Sequence record: SRR31156797_8979
Length of the DNA stretch: 43,618 nucleotides
Direction: 5' to 3' (one strand)
A program made the position numbers and the translations under genes. Shown piece after piece: positions 8,387 through 17,954 of the stretch. Each line of letters starts with the position of its first letter. Positions within the stretch are counted from its first letter, which is position 1. Below the pieces are notes generated by a model. That model made no database searches. It was not told the DNA's origin and saw nothing but the letters and a program-made list of their open reading frames with translations.

Positions 8387-10195
8387 CTATGCCTCCCGCC
8401 CTGAAATGGGAATTTTGATTCCAAACCGGGTCCAACTTCCCGGTACTGAATTTACTTCCATAAGACCATTATGCTGGTCGGTTATGATAAAATATGAAAC
8501 AGACAACCCCAATCCGGTCCCATGTCCCACTCTTTTGGTGGAATAAAAAGGCTCAAAAACCCTTTTACGAACATCCTCATCCATTCCTGGACCATTATCT
8601 TCAACTTCAATAACGGCCATCTGATCATCTTTTTTCAATCTTAAAATAAAACAGGGATCATCTTCAACATATTCCTTCTCCATCATCGCCTGTGCTCCAT
8701 TCTTCAACAGATTAAGAAAAACCTGCTGAAGTTCGTTCTCTTCGCAAACCACGCTTGAAAGATCAGGACTGTATTCTTTGATTATTTCAATTTTCCTGAA
8801 ATCATACTCTTTCTTCAAATCATAATCATTAGCTGCAAGCTCTATGGTACTATTCATCAATTCAGCCAGATTGCACTCGCCAAACTTACGTTCGCTCTTA
8901 CGGCTGAAACGGAGCATGTTAGTAACAATATTTGCAGCCCGGTTGCAGGACTCAGAGATACCATGCAGCATCTTCGGGACATCCCTTTTGGAAAGGTATT
9001 CACGCAGATTATCCAGATCCACATTGCATTCACTAGCTGTTTTGCGATTCTTATCCAAATCCTTATAGATACGATTAAGGATATTCTGAGAATTACCGAC
9101 AATGGCGGCAAGAGGATTATTAATTTCGTGGGCCATACCTGCGGCCAGTCCGCCCACAGACATCATCTTCTCGGTCTGGATCATCATCTGCTCCAGATTA
9201 CAACGCTCGGTAACATCATCTATCTGGATAACCGCCCCATCAACACCATTGGCAATAAGCGGAAAAATAGTAACATCCTCATAGCAAGTTCCACTTTCGC
9301 CCTGACGCGTCTTACGTTCCTCACAGCATGGCTGACGCGTTCTGATAGTTTCTCTGATCTTGTCCATCTCAGAAGCCATGCGCGGAAATACGGACACAAG
9401 AGATTTTCCTTGAGCATCTCCGGCAGAAATTCCGGTCACCTTTTCCGCAGTCATATTCCACTGGGTAACGTGCCCCTCTGCGTCCACCCCCACAAGGATG
9501 GATGGCATGGAGTCAATAATATTGGACAGATAATTACGTAGCCGACGCAACTCCTCACGTTGACGGTAATCTTCTGAAACATCCCTGAACACAAGGACCG
9601 TTCCTGAAATTTCTCCCTGCTCGTCAAAGACCGGAGCTGCAGAATCTGAAATCTGAAATTCCTCCCCGGACCGGGATATGAGTGCGGTATGGTTTGTCAG
9701 CCCGCCCACGCCTTTCGACTTCAAAACCTTATCAACAGGACTTGCGCAAGGGTGCTTGGTCACTGCGTTAATTATTTTAAAAACCTCAGTCAGTGGACGC
9801 CCTACGGCCTCCCCCACAGACCAACCGGTCAACTGTTGGGCTACAGGATTCATGCGGGTTATCACACCATTTCCGTCAGTGGCAATCACCGCATCGCCGA
9901 TGGAATTAAATATGGCCTTTAATTTTCCCTCGCTCTCACGAGCCACTTTTTCGGAACGAACACCCCGGCCAGATAGAAATGAAACCACTGCCCCACTCAC
10001 TAAAAGCGAACTGACCAGCATAACCCGCATATACATTTCATGAATATTCTCAAGCGGAAACAAAACAGTGCCAAAGGAAAAACCAGCTTCATTGAACCAC
10101 ACAAACTCGACAACTGAATCCACAATCCACAACAAACCCGATATAAGCCCAAAGGTAAGCAGCACATTTCTGTCTGCATGTCTATCACCGCTCAT
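8387..10195 (-). CDS. Membrane-anchored two-PAS sensor histidine kinase (NtrB-like)
   Basis: Two N-terminal TM segments, two PAS domains, H-box AHEINNPL, N-box NLLKNG, DNGPG, FEPF and GTGLGL. Confidence 0.95.
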   Translation of the reverse strand: MSGDRHADRNVLLTFGLISGLLWIVDSVVEFVWFNEAGFSFGTVLFPLENIHEMYMRVMLVSSLLVSGAVVSFLSGRGVRSEKVARESEGKLKAIFNSIGDAVIATDGNGVITRMNPVAQQLTGWSVGEAVGRPLTEVFKIINAVTKHPCASPVDKVLKSKGVGGLTNHTALISRSGEEFQISDSAAPVFDEQGEISGTVLVFRDVSEDYRQREELRRLRNYLSNIIDSMPSILVGVDAEGHVTQWNMTAEKVTGISAGDAQGKSLVSVFPRMASEMDKIRETIRTRQPCCEERKTRQGESGTCYEDVTIFPLIANGVDGAVIQIDDVTERCNLEQMMIQTEKMMSVGGLAAGMAHEINNPLAAIVGNSQNILNRIYKDLDKNRKTASECNVDLDNLREYLSKRDVPKMLHGISESCNRAANIVTNMLRFSRKSERKFGECNLAELMNSTIELAANDYDLKKEYDFRKIEIIKEYSPDLSSVVCEENELQQVFLNLLKNGAQAMMEKEYVEDDPCFILRLKKDDQMAVIEVEDNGPGMDEDVRKRVFEPFYSTKRVGHGTGLGLSVSYFIITDQHNGLMEVNSVPGSWTRFGIKIPISGREA

Positions 10196-10303
10196 ATACT
10201 CACCTGAATTAATCGTTATGGATTGTTGGACATCAACCATCCCCGCAAGCCAAACATGCGGGCGGCACTAACGATAACCTAAACTATTCTTTTTTTCAGC
10301 AAT

Positions 10304-10332
10304 AAAAAAGGCGGAAGCACCTGCTTCCGCCT
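10304..10332 (-). terminator. Intrinsic terminator after ald
   Basis: GGCGGAAGC/GCTTCCGCC stem plus T-tract. Confidence 0.85.
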
Positions 10333-10377
10333 CTGAAATTACAGATTCAATGAATTTAGCAGCCTAGTAGACCAGAC

Positions 10378-11484
10378 CTAAGAAAGCGCCTCATCGGGGG
10401 TAACACATTCAATGCCGAAAGCCTCACCCACAGCAGCATAAGTAAGTTTACCTTTCATGGTATTCAAACCAAGCTTGAGAGAATTGTTTTCACGCAATGC
10501 ATCAAGTCCCTTATCAGCAAGCTGCAAAGCGTAAGGCAGAGTCTGGTTCACAAGGGCAAAGGTTGAGGTGCGGGGAACTGCACCGGGCATGTTCGCAACA
10601 CCATAATGCACTACACCATCCACAACGTAAGTGGGGTCACTGTGGGTCGTGGGCTTGATGGTTTCAACACAGCCGCCCTGATCAACAGCAACATCGACAA
10701 TTACGGCACCTTCCTTCATAGTAGATAGCATGCCCCGGGTGACCAGATTGGGAGCCTTGGCACCGGGAATGAGTACCGCACCGATAATCAGGTCCGCCTC
10801 GGCCACAGCTGCGCGAATGTTGGGTTCAGTGGAGGTCATAGTGGTCACCCGGCCATTAAAAATATCATCCAGATACTGAAGACGGGCATGGTTAACGTCG
10901 AAAATGGTAACTTTCGCACCCATGCCAGCGGCTATCTTGGCCGCATTGGTACCGACGACACCGCCGCCGATAACCATTACTTTTGCGGGGGCAACACCGG
11001 GGACACCGCCTACAAGGATACCGCGACCGCCCTTGGTCTTTTCAAGATGCAGTGCGCCTTCCTGTGCGGCCATGCGGCCAGCAACCTCACTCATGGGAGT
11101 AAGCAGAGGCAGGGAGCCGTCAGGCAACTGTACGGTTTCATAAGCAACCCCGATAGTCCCGGACTCGAGCAGGGCCTTGGTCAGCGGTTCGTCTGCAGCA
11201 AGGTGCAGGTAAGTGAACAGCAGGAGATCTTCACGAAGATATTTGTATTCGGATGCAATGGGTTCCTTAACCTTGATAACCATTTCAGCGGCCCAAGCGT
11301 CATCCACGGACCCCATCTTGGCACCGGAAGAGACGTACTCCTCATCGGAAAGCCCTGAACCGAGTCCGGCCCCTTTTTCAACTACAACGGAATGACCGCG
11401 ACGAACGAGTGTTTCAACCGCACCGGGGGTCATTGAGACCCTGTTCTCCATGGTTTTAATCTCTTTAGGGATACCAATCAGCAT
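10378..11484 (-). CDS. ald: Alanine dehydrogenase
   Basis: [43 protein letters not shown] and [13 protein letters not shown]. Confidence 0.98.
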   Translation of the reverse strand: MLIGIPKEIKTMENRVSMTPGAVETLVRRGHSVVVEKGAGLGSGLSDEEYVSSGAKMGSVDDAWAAEMVIKVKEPIASEYKYLREDLLLFTYLHLAADEPLTKALLESGTIGVAYETVQLPDGSLPLLTPMSEVAGRMAAQEGALHLEKTKGGRGILVGGVPGVAPAKVMVIGGGVVGTNAAKIAAGMGAKVTIFDVNHARLQYLDDIFNGRVTTMTSTEPNIRAAVAEADLIIGAVLIPGAKAPNLVTRGMLSTMKEGAVIVDVAVDQGGCVETIKPTTHSDPTYVVDGVVHYGVANMPGAVPRTSTFALVNQTLPYALQLADKGLDALRENNSLKLGLNTMKGKLTYAAVGEAFGIECVTPDEALS

Positions 11485-11681
11485 GTCATCAACTCCTGCT
11501 GCTAAAAGTTGTAGATTTAAAATTATGCAACAATCTAACGCAACAGTAACTTTCTTAGCAACGGATAATTTCGAATAAAGTACATAATATCCCAGGACAC
11601 GAAGACTTTTTTTCTGCTTTGAGCTATTCTAGAGAAACACAACACTCAATCAAACCGTTGACACGTAAAGGATTCAACAAA

Positions 11682-12764
11682 ATGCCTGTTTGCCCGAACA
11701 ATATACCAACCATTCTCATAGTGGATGATGAGCCGTTCAATCTCGAATTTCTTGAATTGGTACTTAAACAACAGGGCTACAACATCATTACTGCTACCAA
11801 CGGACGCAAAGGAAGAATAATTGCCGAGCAGGAACAACCGGACCTGATCCTGCTGGATATCATGATGCCCGGAGAAAACGGATTTGAATGTGCATCAGTG
11901 CTGCGCCTGTCCCCGGAGACCTCGGAAATACCGATCATTTTTCTCAGTGCCCTTGATGATGACAACAACACCTCCAAAGGATTCGACACCGGAGCAGTGG
12001 ATTTCATCGTCAAACCCTTTGCCTACAAAGACGTCATCCAACGCATCAGGTTGCACTTGAAACTCGCGGCCTGCGATAGACAACTTAAGGGACAATTCCC
12101 TGCCTCAAACATTGCGCAAACGATTGAAGTCGAGTTCCCCTCAAAAGGATCAAGAACATTCTTTCCGGCCCCCCCTCAAAAATCTGAACATTATACAAAT
12201 GAATGCGTAGTCCTGACGGATAAAAGCGAAGCCCACCTGCTGCTAAACTTTACCAAGCCATGCAATGAACAAATATGCTCAAAAATAAAAGAACTGCTGG
12301 CCGAAAACAGCGGGCCTTTGTTCAGACCTTCCGAAACTCTGCGCAACATTGGGATCGGCCTAAAGAGCCTGATTAATCATAACGCTATTTCCGCCAGCTA
12401 CGTCCATCTTGACCGGGAAGATGAATCACTCACCGTGGTCAATGCGGGAGCACTCCCGATAATTCTCCTGCGCCGGGACAAACCCCCGCAACTCGTCGAA
12501 AGACAAAGTGACAATCTGGGCAGCCTTGGTATGGGCTTAGCTCCCTGCTCCAGTTACGACATAAAAAAGGGAGATCGAATATTCATGTTCAGCCGGAAAA
12601 TGCTCAGTTCCTACGCCCGCGAGGGTGATGCCATCAATGAACTGCTGGAAGCCTGTCATCTCTCATCAGGTGTTGACCTCGAAACAGCATGCCAAGCCGC
12701 TGGAGAAATGCTTTTGCGAAATGAAGAACTACCGGATGGCATTTTGGTGGGAATTGAGGGGTAA
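11682..12764 (+). CDS. Response regulator with a degenerate PP2C/SpoIIE-like C-terminal domain (RssB-like architecture)
   Basis: Intact receiver (IVDD, LLDIMMP, FLS, KP). The C-terminal half has PSETL, VVNAGALP and KGDRIFMFS but lacks the metal-binding Asp motifs. Confidence 0.8.
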   Translation: MPVCPNNIPTILIVDDEPFNLEFLELVLKQQGYNIITATNGRKGRIIAEQEQPDLILLDIMMPGENGFECASVLRLSPETSEIPIIFLSALDDDNNTSKGFDTGAVDFIVKPFAYKDVIQRIRLHLKLAACDRQLKGQFPASNIAQTIEVEFPSKGSRTFFPAPPQKSEHYTNECVVLTDKSEAHLLLNFTKPCNEQICSKIKELLAENSGPLFRPSETLRNIGIGLKSLINHNAISASYVHLDREDESLTVVNAGALPIILLRRDKPPQLVERQSDNLGSLGMGLAPCSSYDIKKGDRIFMFSRKMLSSYAREGDAINELLEACHLSSGVDLETACQAAGEMLLRNEELPDGILVGIEG

Positions 12765-12802
12765 AGACACAGACGTCTAAGAAAATGCCAGATGCAAGGC
12801 GC

Positions 12803-12833
12803 AAGAAAGCCCCGGCACACAATGTACCGGGGC
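12803..12833 (-). terminator. Terminator-like hairpin between convergent genes
   Basis: GCCCCGG/CCGGGGC stem followed by TTTCTT on the minus strand. Confidence 0.7.
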
Positions 12834-12867
12834 CAGGAGAGAGGACTGGGTTATACCCAGCCTGAAA

Positions 12868-13395
12868 TTATTTTACTGAACCAACGGGATACTTTGCGCC
12901 TTTCCAAGCGAAGATGCCGCCGGGGTATCTTTTTACGTTGGTGTAGCCGAGCTTCTTGGCCCACGCTGCACCATTATGGCTGCGGGTGCATTTTACGAAA
13001 CCGCAGTAAACTACGATGAGTTTGTCTTTGTCGGGTCCGAGCATTTCAATGTACTGCTCTTTGGTCTTGCCGTCGGTTTCCTTCACGTCCCATTCAACCA
13101 TGTCGGGGATGGGAAAGAGGAACTGCTTGGCGCCGGGAACATGCTCTTTCTTGTAGCTGGCTTCATAGGGCATGGTATCGATAATGATCATGTCCTCTTT
13201 TTTATCCAGCAGAGCCTTGAGTTCGGCAGTGGTGATAATATCGTAATCACCGCGCTGTACTTCTTTAAGCAATTTGACCGCGCCTTTTTCCTTTTCCACT
13301 TCCTGCGCGAATTTATCAGAACCGAGACATCCGGTCATTGCAAACATAAGCGCGCACAGAGCCGCAATTACAGAAATATTCTTAACCATCTTCAT
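12868..13395 (-). CDS. Rhodanese-like lipoprotein
   Basis: Signal peptide with lipobox MTG-C; IID, HVPGA, loop YCGFVKCTRS and YPGGIFAW; SD GGAGG at 13404-13408. Confidence 0.9.
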   Translation of the reverse strand: MKMVKNISVIAALCALMFAMTGCLGSDKFAQEVEKEKGAVKLLKEVQRGDYDIITTAELKALLDKKEDMIIIDTMPYEASYKKEHVPGAKQFLFPIPDMVEWDVKETDGKTKEQYIEMLGPDKDKLIVVYCGFVKCTRSHNGAAWAKKLGYTNVKRYPGGIFAWKGAKYPVGSVK

Positions 13396-13425
13396 TCCAT
13401 CATCCTCCAAATTTCAAATTGATAT

Positions 13426-13896
13426 TTAACGGGTAGCAAGCATTGGAACAGGCCGGGCGCGATAACCTTTTACCCGGCGCAGGAAATACAAATATCCACA
13501 GGCGGCAAGCAGAAAAGCATCACGCAGCAATGCTTCACGCAGAGAATGATAAGCCTCCCCTTCCGGGTCGCCGGGGGCAAAGCATCCGCAATCAACATCA
13601 AGCCCCATGTTGATTCCATGGGCCAGTACCGCCATGAACACGAGCAACAGAACCGAATAAGATGAGAGTGAACCTTTAACATCCCAGAGCAGTCCAAAAG
13701 CAACAATTATCTCCGCCAGGGGCAGCATAACCGACGCAACATAATTCAATTGTCCGGGCAGCAATCCGTAACCGCTGATGACCGTGGCAAACCCCTGAAC
13801 ATCCATCAGTTTCCCGGCCCCTGCATACAAAAACACAGCAGCCAGAACGCATCTTAGAATGAAATACATCTGTCTGGACATCATCTTTTCAAGCAT
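13426..13896 (-). CDS. MauE/DoxX-family redox-associated membrane protein
   Basis: FLYAGAGK, LPLAEI and GLDVDCGCF motifs; four predicted TM segments. Confidence 0.88.
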   Translation of the reverse strand: MLEKMMSRQMYFILRCVLAAVFLYAGAGKLMDVQGFATVISGYGLLPGQLNYVASVMLPLAEIIVAFGLLWDVKGSLSSYSVLLLVFMAVLAHGINMGLDVDCGCFAPGDPEGEAYHSLREALLRDAFLLAACGYLYFLRRVKGYRARPVPMLATR

Positions 13897-14101
13897 TGCA
13901 ACACCCGTTCAAAAAAGTTTGATCGATTTAGAATTACATGCAATTTCAGCTTAAGATCAAATAGTTAAACCCAATCACACAATGAACTTTCTATCTATTT
14001 TCTCGATACCTGCCATTACATGCCAAAATACCCTTTGCAAAATCCAATAGTTATAGCGTAGTGTTTTACGGATATTTCAAGTTTTAATAGGAAAAACATT
14101 T

Positions 14102-15643
14102 ATGACCAATTCAAAAGATGACCAAACTGCCCAGAAAATGCAGAACGAAAGCGTTCATGATGAACCGGATAAAGTAGTGGAACCAGAAGAAGCTCTCCCG
14201 GAAATCAGCAAAGAAGAACTCCCCCCATCCATACTGAACGCCCTTGATAAGACAGGCTGGGACAAACTGACCCCAGTCCAATCCAAATCTCTCCCTTACC
14301 AGTTATACAATCGTGACCTCATGGTGCAGGCCAAGACCGGCAGCGGTAAAACCGGTGCATTCGTCCTGCCTTTGCTGGAAAAACTCGACCCCAATATCAA
14401 CTACACCCAGGCTCTGATCCTTGTACCCACCCGCGAACTGGCGCGGCAGGTTGAGCGTGAAGCAGAGAAAATTTTTGAAGGTTCCGGCCTGCGGGTCCTC
14501 TCCGTTTACGGCGGGGTCGGCTACGGACACCAGCGTGAAGAGCTGGAAAAAGGCGCACATATGGTTGTGGGTACTCCGGGCAGAATTCTCGATCACCTGT
14601 TAAAGCGTACCTTTGACCTTGAAGACCTTGAGACCCTGATTTTTGATGAAGCGGACCGCATGCTCTCCATCGGCTTCTACCCTGACATGCGCGAGGTAAA
14701 ATCCTACCTGCCACGCAGGCCAATTTCCACCTACATGTTCTCGGCAACTTTCCCGGAACACGTCATCCGTCTCTCCAAAGAGTTCATGTACAAGCCGCAG
14801 ATGCTCAGCCTGAGCAGCAAGCAGGTCCATGTAACCGAGATCGACCACGCCTATTACGAAGTGCCTTCCATGGGTAAGGAACGCCAGCTCATGCGTATCC
14901 TTGAAATGGAAAACCCCACTTCAGCCATCATTTTCTGTAATACCAAAGCCAATGTCGAATTTGTTGCCGCTGTGCTCAACAACTTCGGTTTCAATGCCGC
15001 AGACCTTACCTCGGACCTTTCGCAGTCCAAACGCGAACGAGTGCTGGCCCAGCTACGTAGCGGGGAAGTCCGCTTTCTCGTGGCTACTGATATTGCAGCA
15101 CGCGGTATCGACGTACCGGACCTTTCCCACGTGGTCATGTACGAGCCGCCGGAAGATAAAGAATCCTACATCCACCGCGCCGGACGCACCGGACGCGCAG
15201 GTTCTTCCGGGGTGGCAATATCCCTTGTGGACGTTATCCAGAAGATAGAACTGCAACGTATCGCCACTGCCTACAATATCAATTTCGAAGTCCGCGAACT
15301 GCCGGACGACAAACAGGTATTGGACACAATTAATGAAAGGCTGACCACCATTCTTGAAGGCCAGTTCCGTTCACGGACAATACTTGAAAGAGAACGCATT
15401 GGTCGCTATAAAGATCTGGTCCGCCAACTTGCCGAGGATGACGAACAATGTATCCTTGTGGGCATGCTTCTGGACGAACTCTACCAGAAATCACTGCACG
15501 CCCGTGCAGAGCAGCCCCCGGCACCCAAGCCCAGACCGCAAAGAAACTCCCGCCCCCGTAAGAAAAACTACCGTGGTAAGCCGAAAGGCGGACAATCTCA
15601 AACCAAGGGCCGTAGCGGGAATTACAATAAAAACCGCAGATAG
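14102..15643 (+). CDS. DEAD-box RNA helicase
   Basis: Q motif, TGSGKT, PTRELA, TPGR, DEAD, SAT, RGID and HRAGRTGR; basic C-terminal tail. Confidence 0.97.
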   Translation: MTNSKDDQTAQKMQNESVHDEPDKVVEPEEALPEISKEELPPSILNALDKTGWDKLTPVQSKSLPYQLYNRDLMVQAKTGSGKTGAFVLPLLEKLDPNINYTQALILVPTRELARQVEREAEKIFEGSGLRVLSVYGGVGYGHQREELEKGAHMVVGTPGRILDHLLKRTFDLEDLETLIFDEADRMLSIGFYPDMREVKSYLPRRPISTYMFSATFPEHVIRLSKEFMYKPQMLSLSSKQVHVTEIDHAYYEVPSMGKERQLMRILEMENPTSAIIFCNTKANVEFVAAVLNNFGFNAADLTSDLSQSKRERVLAQLRSGEVRFLVATDIAARGIDVPDLSHVVMYEPPEDKESYIHRAGRTGRAGSSGVAISLVDVIQKIELQRIATAYNINFEVRELPDDKQVLDTINERLTTILEGQFRSRTILERERIGRYKDLVRQLAEDDEQCILVGMLLDELYQKSLHARAEQPPAPKPRPQRNSRPRKKNYRGKPKGGQSQTKGRSGNYNKNRR

Positions 15644-15659
15644 ATAACGGAGAATTAGA

Positions 15660-16850
15660 ATGAAGCTTCTTTCAACTCAAGTGGAAGGATACATCGAATG
15701 TTCATCCTGGATTCGCAAGATGTTCGAAACAGGCATGGAACTGAAGAAAAAATACGGTGAAGACGCAGTCTGCGACTTTTCACTGGGTAACCCGGATGTA
15801 CCAGCTCCCGCAGCAGTAGCTCAGGGACTCAAGGAACTTTCCGAAACAGCGGACAAGCCATTCGCCTTCGGATACATGCCCAACTTCGGCTACCCCACCG
15901 TGCGCGAAAAGCTCGCTGAAACCGTTTCCGAAGAGCAGGGTGTAAAAGTAGCAGGTTCCGACCTGATCATCACCTGCGGTGCAGCCGGTGCCATCAACGC
16001 TCTTTACCGGGCCATCCTCGAACCGGGCGACCAGATTCTCTGCCCCGCACCCTTTTTCGTAGAATACGGCTTCTATGCCCAGAACTCCGGCGGCGAACTA
16101 GTCACCGTACCTTCCAAACCGCTGACCTTTGAACTAGACCTCGACGCCATCGAAGCTGCCATCAATGAGAAGACCCGTGTACTGCTCATCAACTCCCCTA
16201 ACAACCCCACCGGGGCTGTATACAGCAAGGAAGAGCTTGAAGGGCTGGCGGCCATCCTCAAAAAAGCAAATGAAGGCCGCGAACGTCCCATTTTCCTCGT
16301 TGCTGATGAACCTTACCGTTTCCTCGCATTTGATGATGTGGAAGTACCTTCCATCCTGCCGCTCTACCCTTACAGCGTAGTGGTCAGCTCTTTTTCCAAG
16401 AACCTTTCCCTTGCCGGGGAACGCGTGGGCTACGGACTGCTTAACCCCGAAATGCCGGAAAAAGAAAAACTCATGGCAGGCCTGGTGCTCACCAACCGTA
16501 TCCTCGGTTTTGTAAACGCACCTGCTGTGGGCCAGAAGCTGCTTGAAAAAGCCCTCGGCTCACAGGTCGACAAGAACATTTATCTTGAACGCCGCAATGC
16601 CATGGATTCAGTGCTTAGAGATGCCGGATACTCCTACACCATGCCCAAGGGCGCCTTCTACTTCTTCCCCGAAGCACCCGGCGGTGATGATGTAAAATTC
16701 TGCGCAGCACTGCAGGAAGAAAAAATCCTCGCCGTACCCGGAACAGGTTTCGGATTCCCCGGATACTTCCGCCTCGCCTTCTGCGTAGGAACCGAAGTAA
16801 TCGAACGCTCCAGAGAAGGTTTCAAAAAAGCTATCGCTCCTTTTAAATAG
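15660..16850 (+). CDS. Class I/II PLP-dependent (aspartate-type) aminotransferase
   Basis: SLGNPD, NSPNNPTG, DEPY and the PLP lysine motif SFSKNLSLAGERVG. Confidence 0.95.
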   Translation: MKLLSTQVEGYIECSSWIRKMFETGMELKKKYGEDAVCDFSLGNPDVPAPAAVAQGLKELSETADKPFAFGYMPNFGYPTVREKLAETVSEEQGVKVAGSDLIITCGAAGAINALYRAILEPGDQILCPAPFFVEYGFYAQNSGGELVTVPSKPLTFELDLDAIEAAINEKTRVLLINSPNNPTGAVYSKEELEGLAAILKKANEGRERPIFLVADEPYRFLAFDDVEVPSILPLYPYSVVVSSFSKNLSLAGERVGYGLLNPEMPEKEKLMAGLVLTNRILGFVNAPAVGQKLLEKALGSQVDKNIYLERRNAMDSVLRDAGYSYTMPKGAFYFFPEAPGGDDVKFCAALQEEKILAVPGTGFGFPGYFRLAFCVGTEVIERSREGFKKAIAPFK

Positions 16851-16854
16851 AATA

Positions 16855-16891
16855 AAAAATCCCCCTGAAATAGTATTTCAGGGGGATTTTT
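16855..16891. terminator. Bidirectional terminator
   Basis: AAAAATCCCCCTGAAATA/TATTTCAGGGGGATTTTT perfect inverted repeat between convergent genes. Confidence 0.92.
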
Positions 16892-16912
16892 GTATTTAAT
16901 GAACTGTAAAAA

Positions 16913-17791
16913 TTAAAACTTATACTTCAAATTAAAGAAAGCTCCGAAAGCTGCTTCCTGATCTTCTGATCCGTACTTATCTCCGTTCTTATCGAAAAAC
17001 TTGGTTTCCCTAGCAAATACATATTCCGGGCCGATGGATATGGAACAGTTTTTTACGGGTTTGTAGTCGTAATAGACTCCAAGCTTCATACTGTTCATCT
17101 GTACATATCCGGCATCGGATACAGTGCTGTCATCCTTTAGACGGTAAGTCTTACCGTCAAAATTAAATGCCGCGCGCAGGGTGGAAGCTTTGTTAAAGGA
17201 AAAACCGACTTCAGTGGCGGGCATGCCCAGATTCACGAAATAGCCTGAGCCGTCAGCAGCATAGTCAGTGTAGTTAATACCGAAGTAGGGCATAGCTGAA
17301 ACGCGGATAGAGTTAGCAAAGGCACGCAAACCGATCAGTGCTTTCAAGTTTTCATTGAAAAAATAACCGATGTGCCCACGCAGGGCACCACCGAATGAAT
17401 CTTCCATCTGCTCTTCAAAAGCGGAAGTCCCGGTAATTCCGGCTCCATAAAACCAGTTTTCATTGATTACACCGTTATAGGCATAACCAAGACTGAAGCG
17501 GTGCAAGGTGTTCCATGGGTCATCCTGACCGTTGCCAAAATTAAGCTGGCTGACATTGTCCCATGAATAGTGTTGTCCTTCATAGCTGAACGAAATACCA
17601 CCTGCTTTCAAGCGAACCCGCCCTCCGGCAACACTAGATGAACCATCGCTATCTTTGTAGTCGGCATCGGAAAGATACTTCCCGGTAACCCGGACGGATA
17701 TAGGTTCAAAAAAACTTCTCTCTTCAGCTACTGCGGTACTGGCACAACACAGAATTAAAAAAGCAAGTACAATATTGGTAATCTTGATCAT
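16913..17791 (-). CDS. Outer-membrane beta-barrel protein of unknown function
   Basis: Sec signal ending AVA, alternating G/Y/F-rich beta-strands and C-terminal FNLKYKF beta-signal. Confidence 0.82.
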   Translation of the reverse strand: MIKITNIVLAFLILCCASTAVAEERSFFEPISVRVTGKYLSDADYKDSDGSSSVAGGRVRLKAGGISFSYEGQHYSWDNVSQLNFGNGQDDPWNTLHRFSLGYAYNGVINENWFYGAGITGTSAFEEQMEDSFGGALRGHIGYFFNENLKALIGLRAFANSIRVSAMPYFGINYTDYAADGSGYFVNLGMPATEVGFSFNKASTLRAAFNFDGKTYRLKDDSTVSDAGYVQMNSMKLGVYYDYKPVKNCSISIGPEYVFARETKFFDKNGDKYGSEDQEAAFGAFFNLKYKF

Positions 17792-17875
17792 GGTAATGCA
17801 GCTCCTTCAAAACATATTATTCTTTACACTAGTAGTCGAATAACATCCACAACGTGAACAGCTTGTAATGAACAT

Positions 17876-17891
17876 GTGAAATATTCATGAA
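17876..17891 (-). promoter_or_regulatory. Putative OmpR/ColR-type binding box upstream of the beta-barrel gene
   Basis: Minus strand TTCATGAATATTTCAC (half-sites 11 bp apart); extra TTCAY half-sites at 17854, 17868 and 17900. Confidence 0.6.
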
Positions 17892-17954
17892 ATAGCAACA
17901 TGAACAAGATAAAACAGCTTAATTTTTCTTAAGAAGAAATAATAAGAAAAAAGC

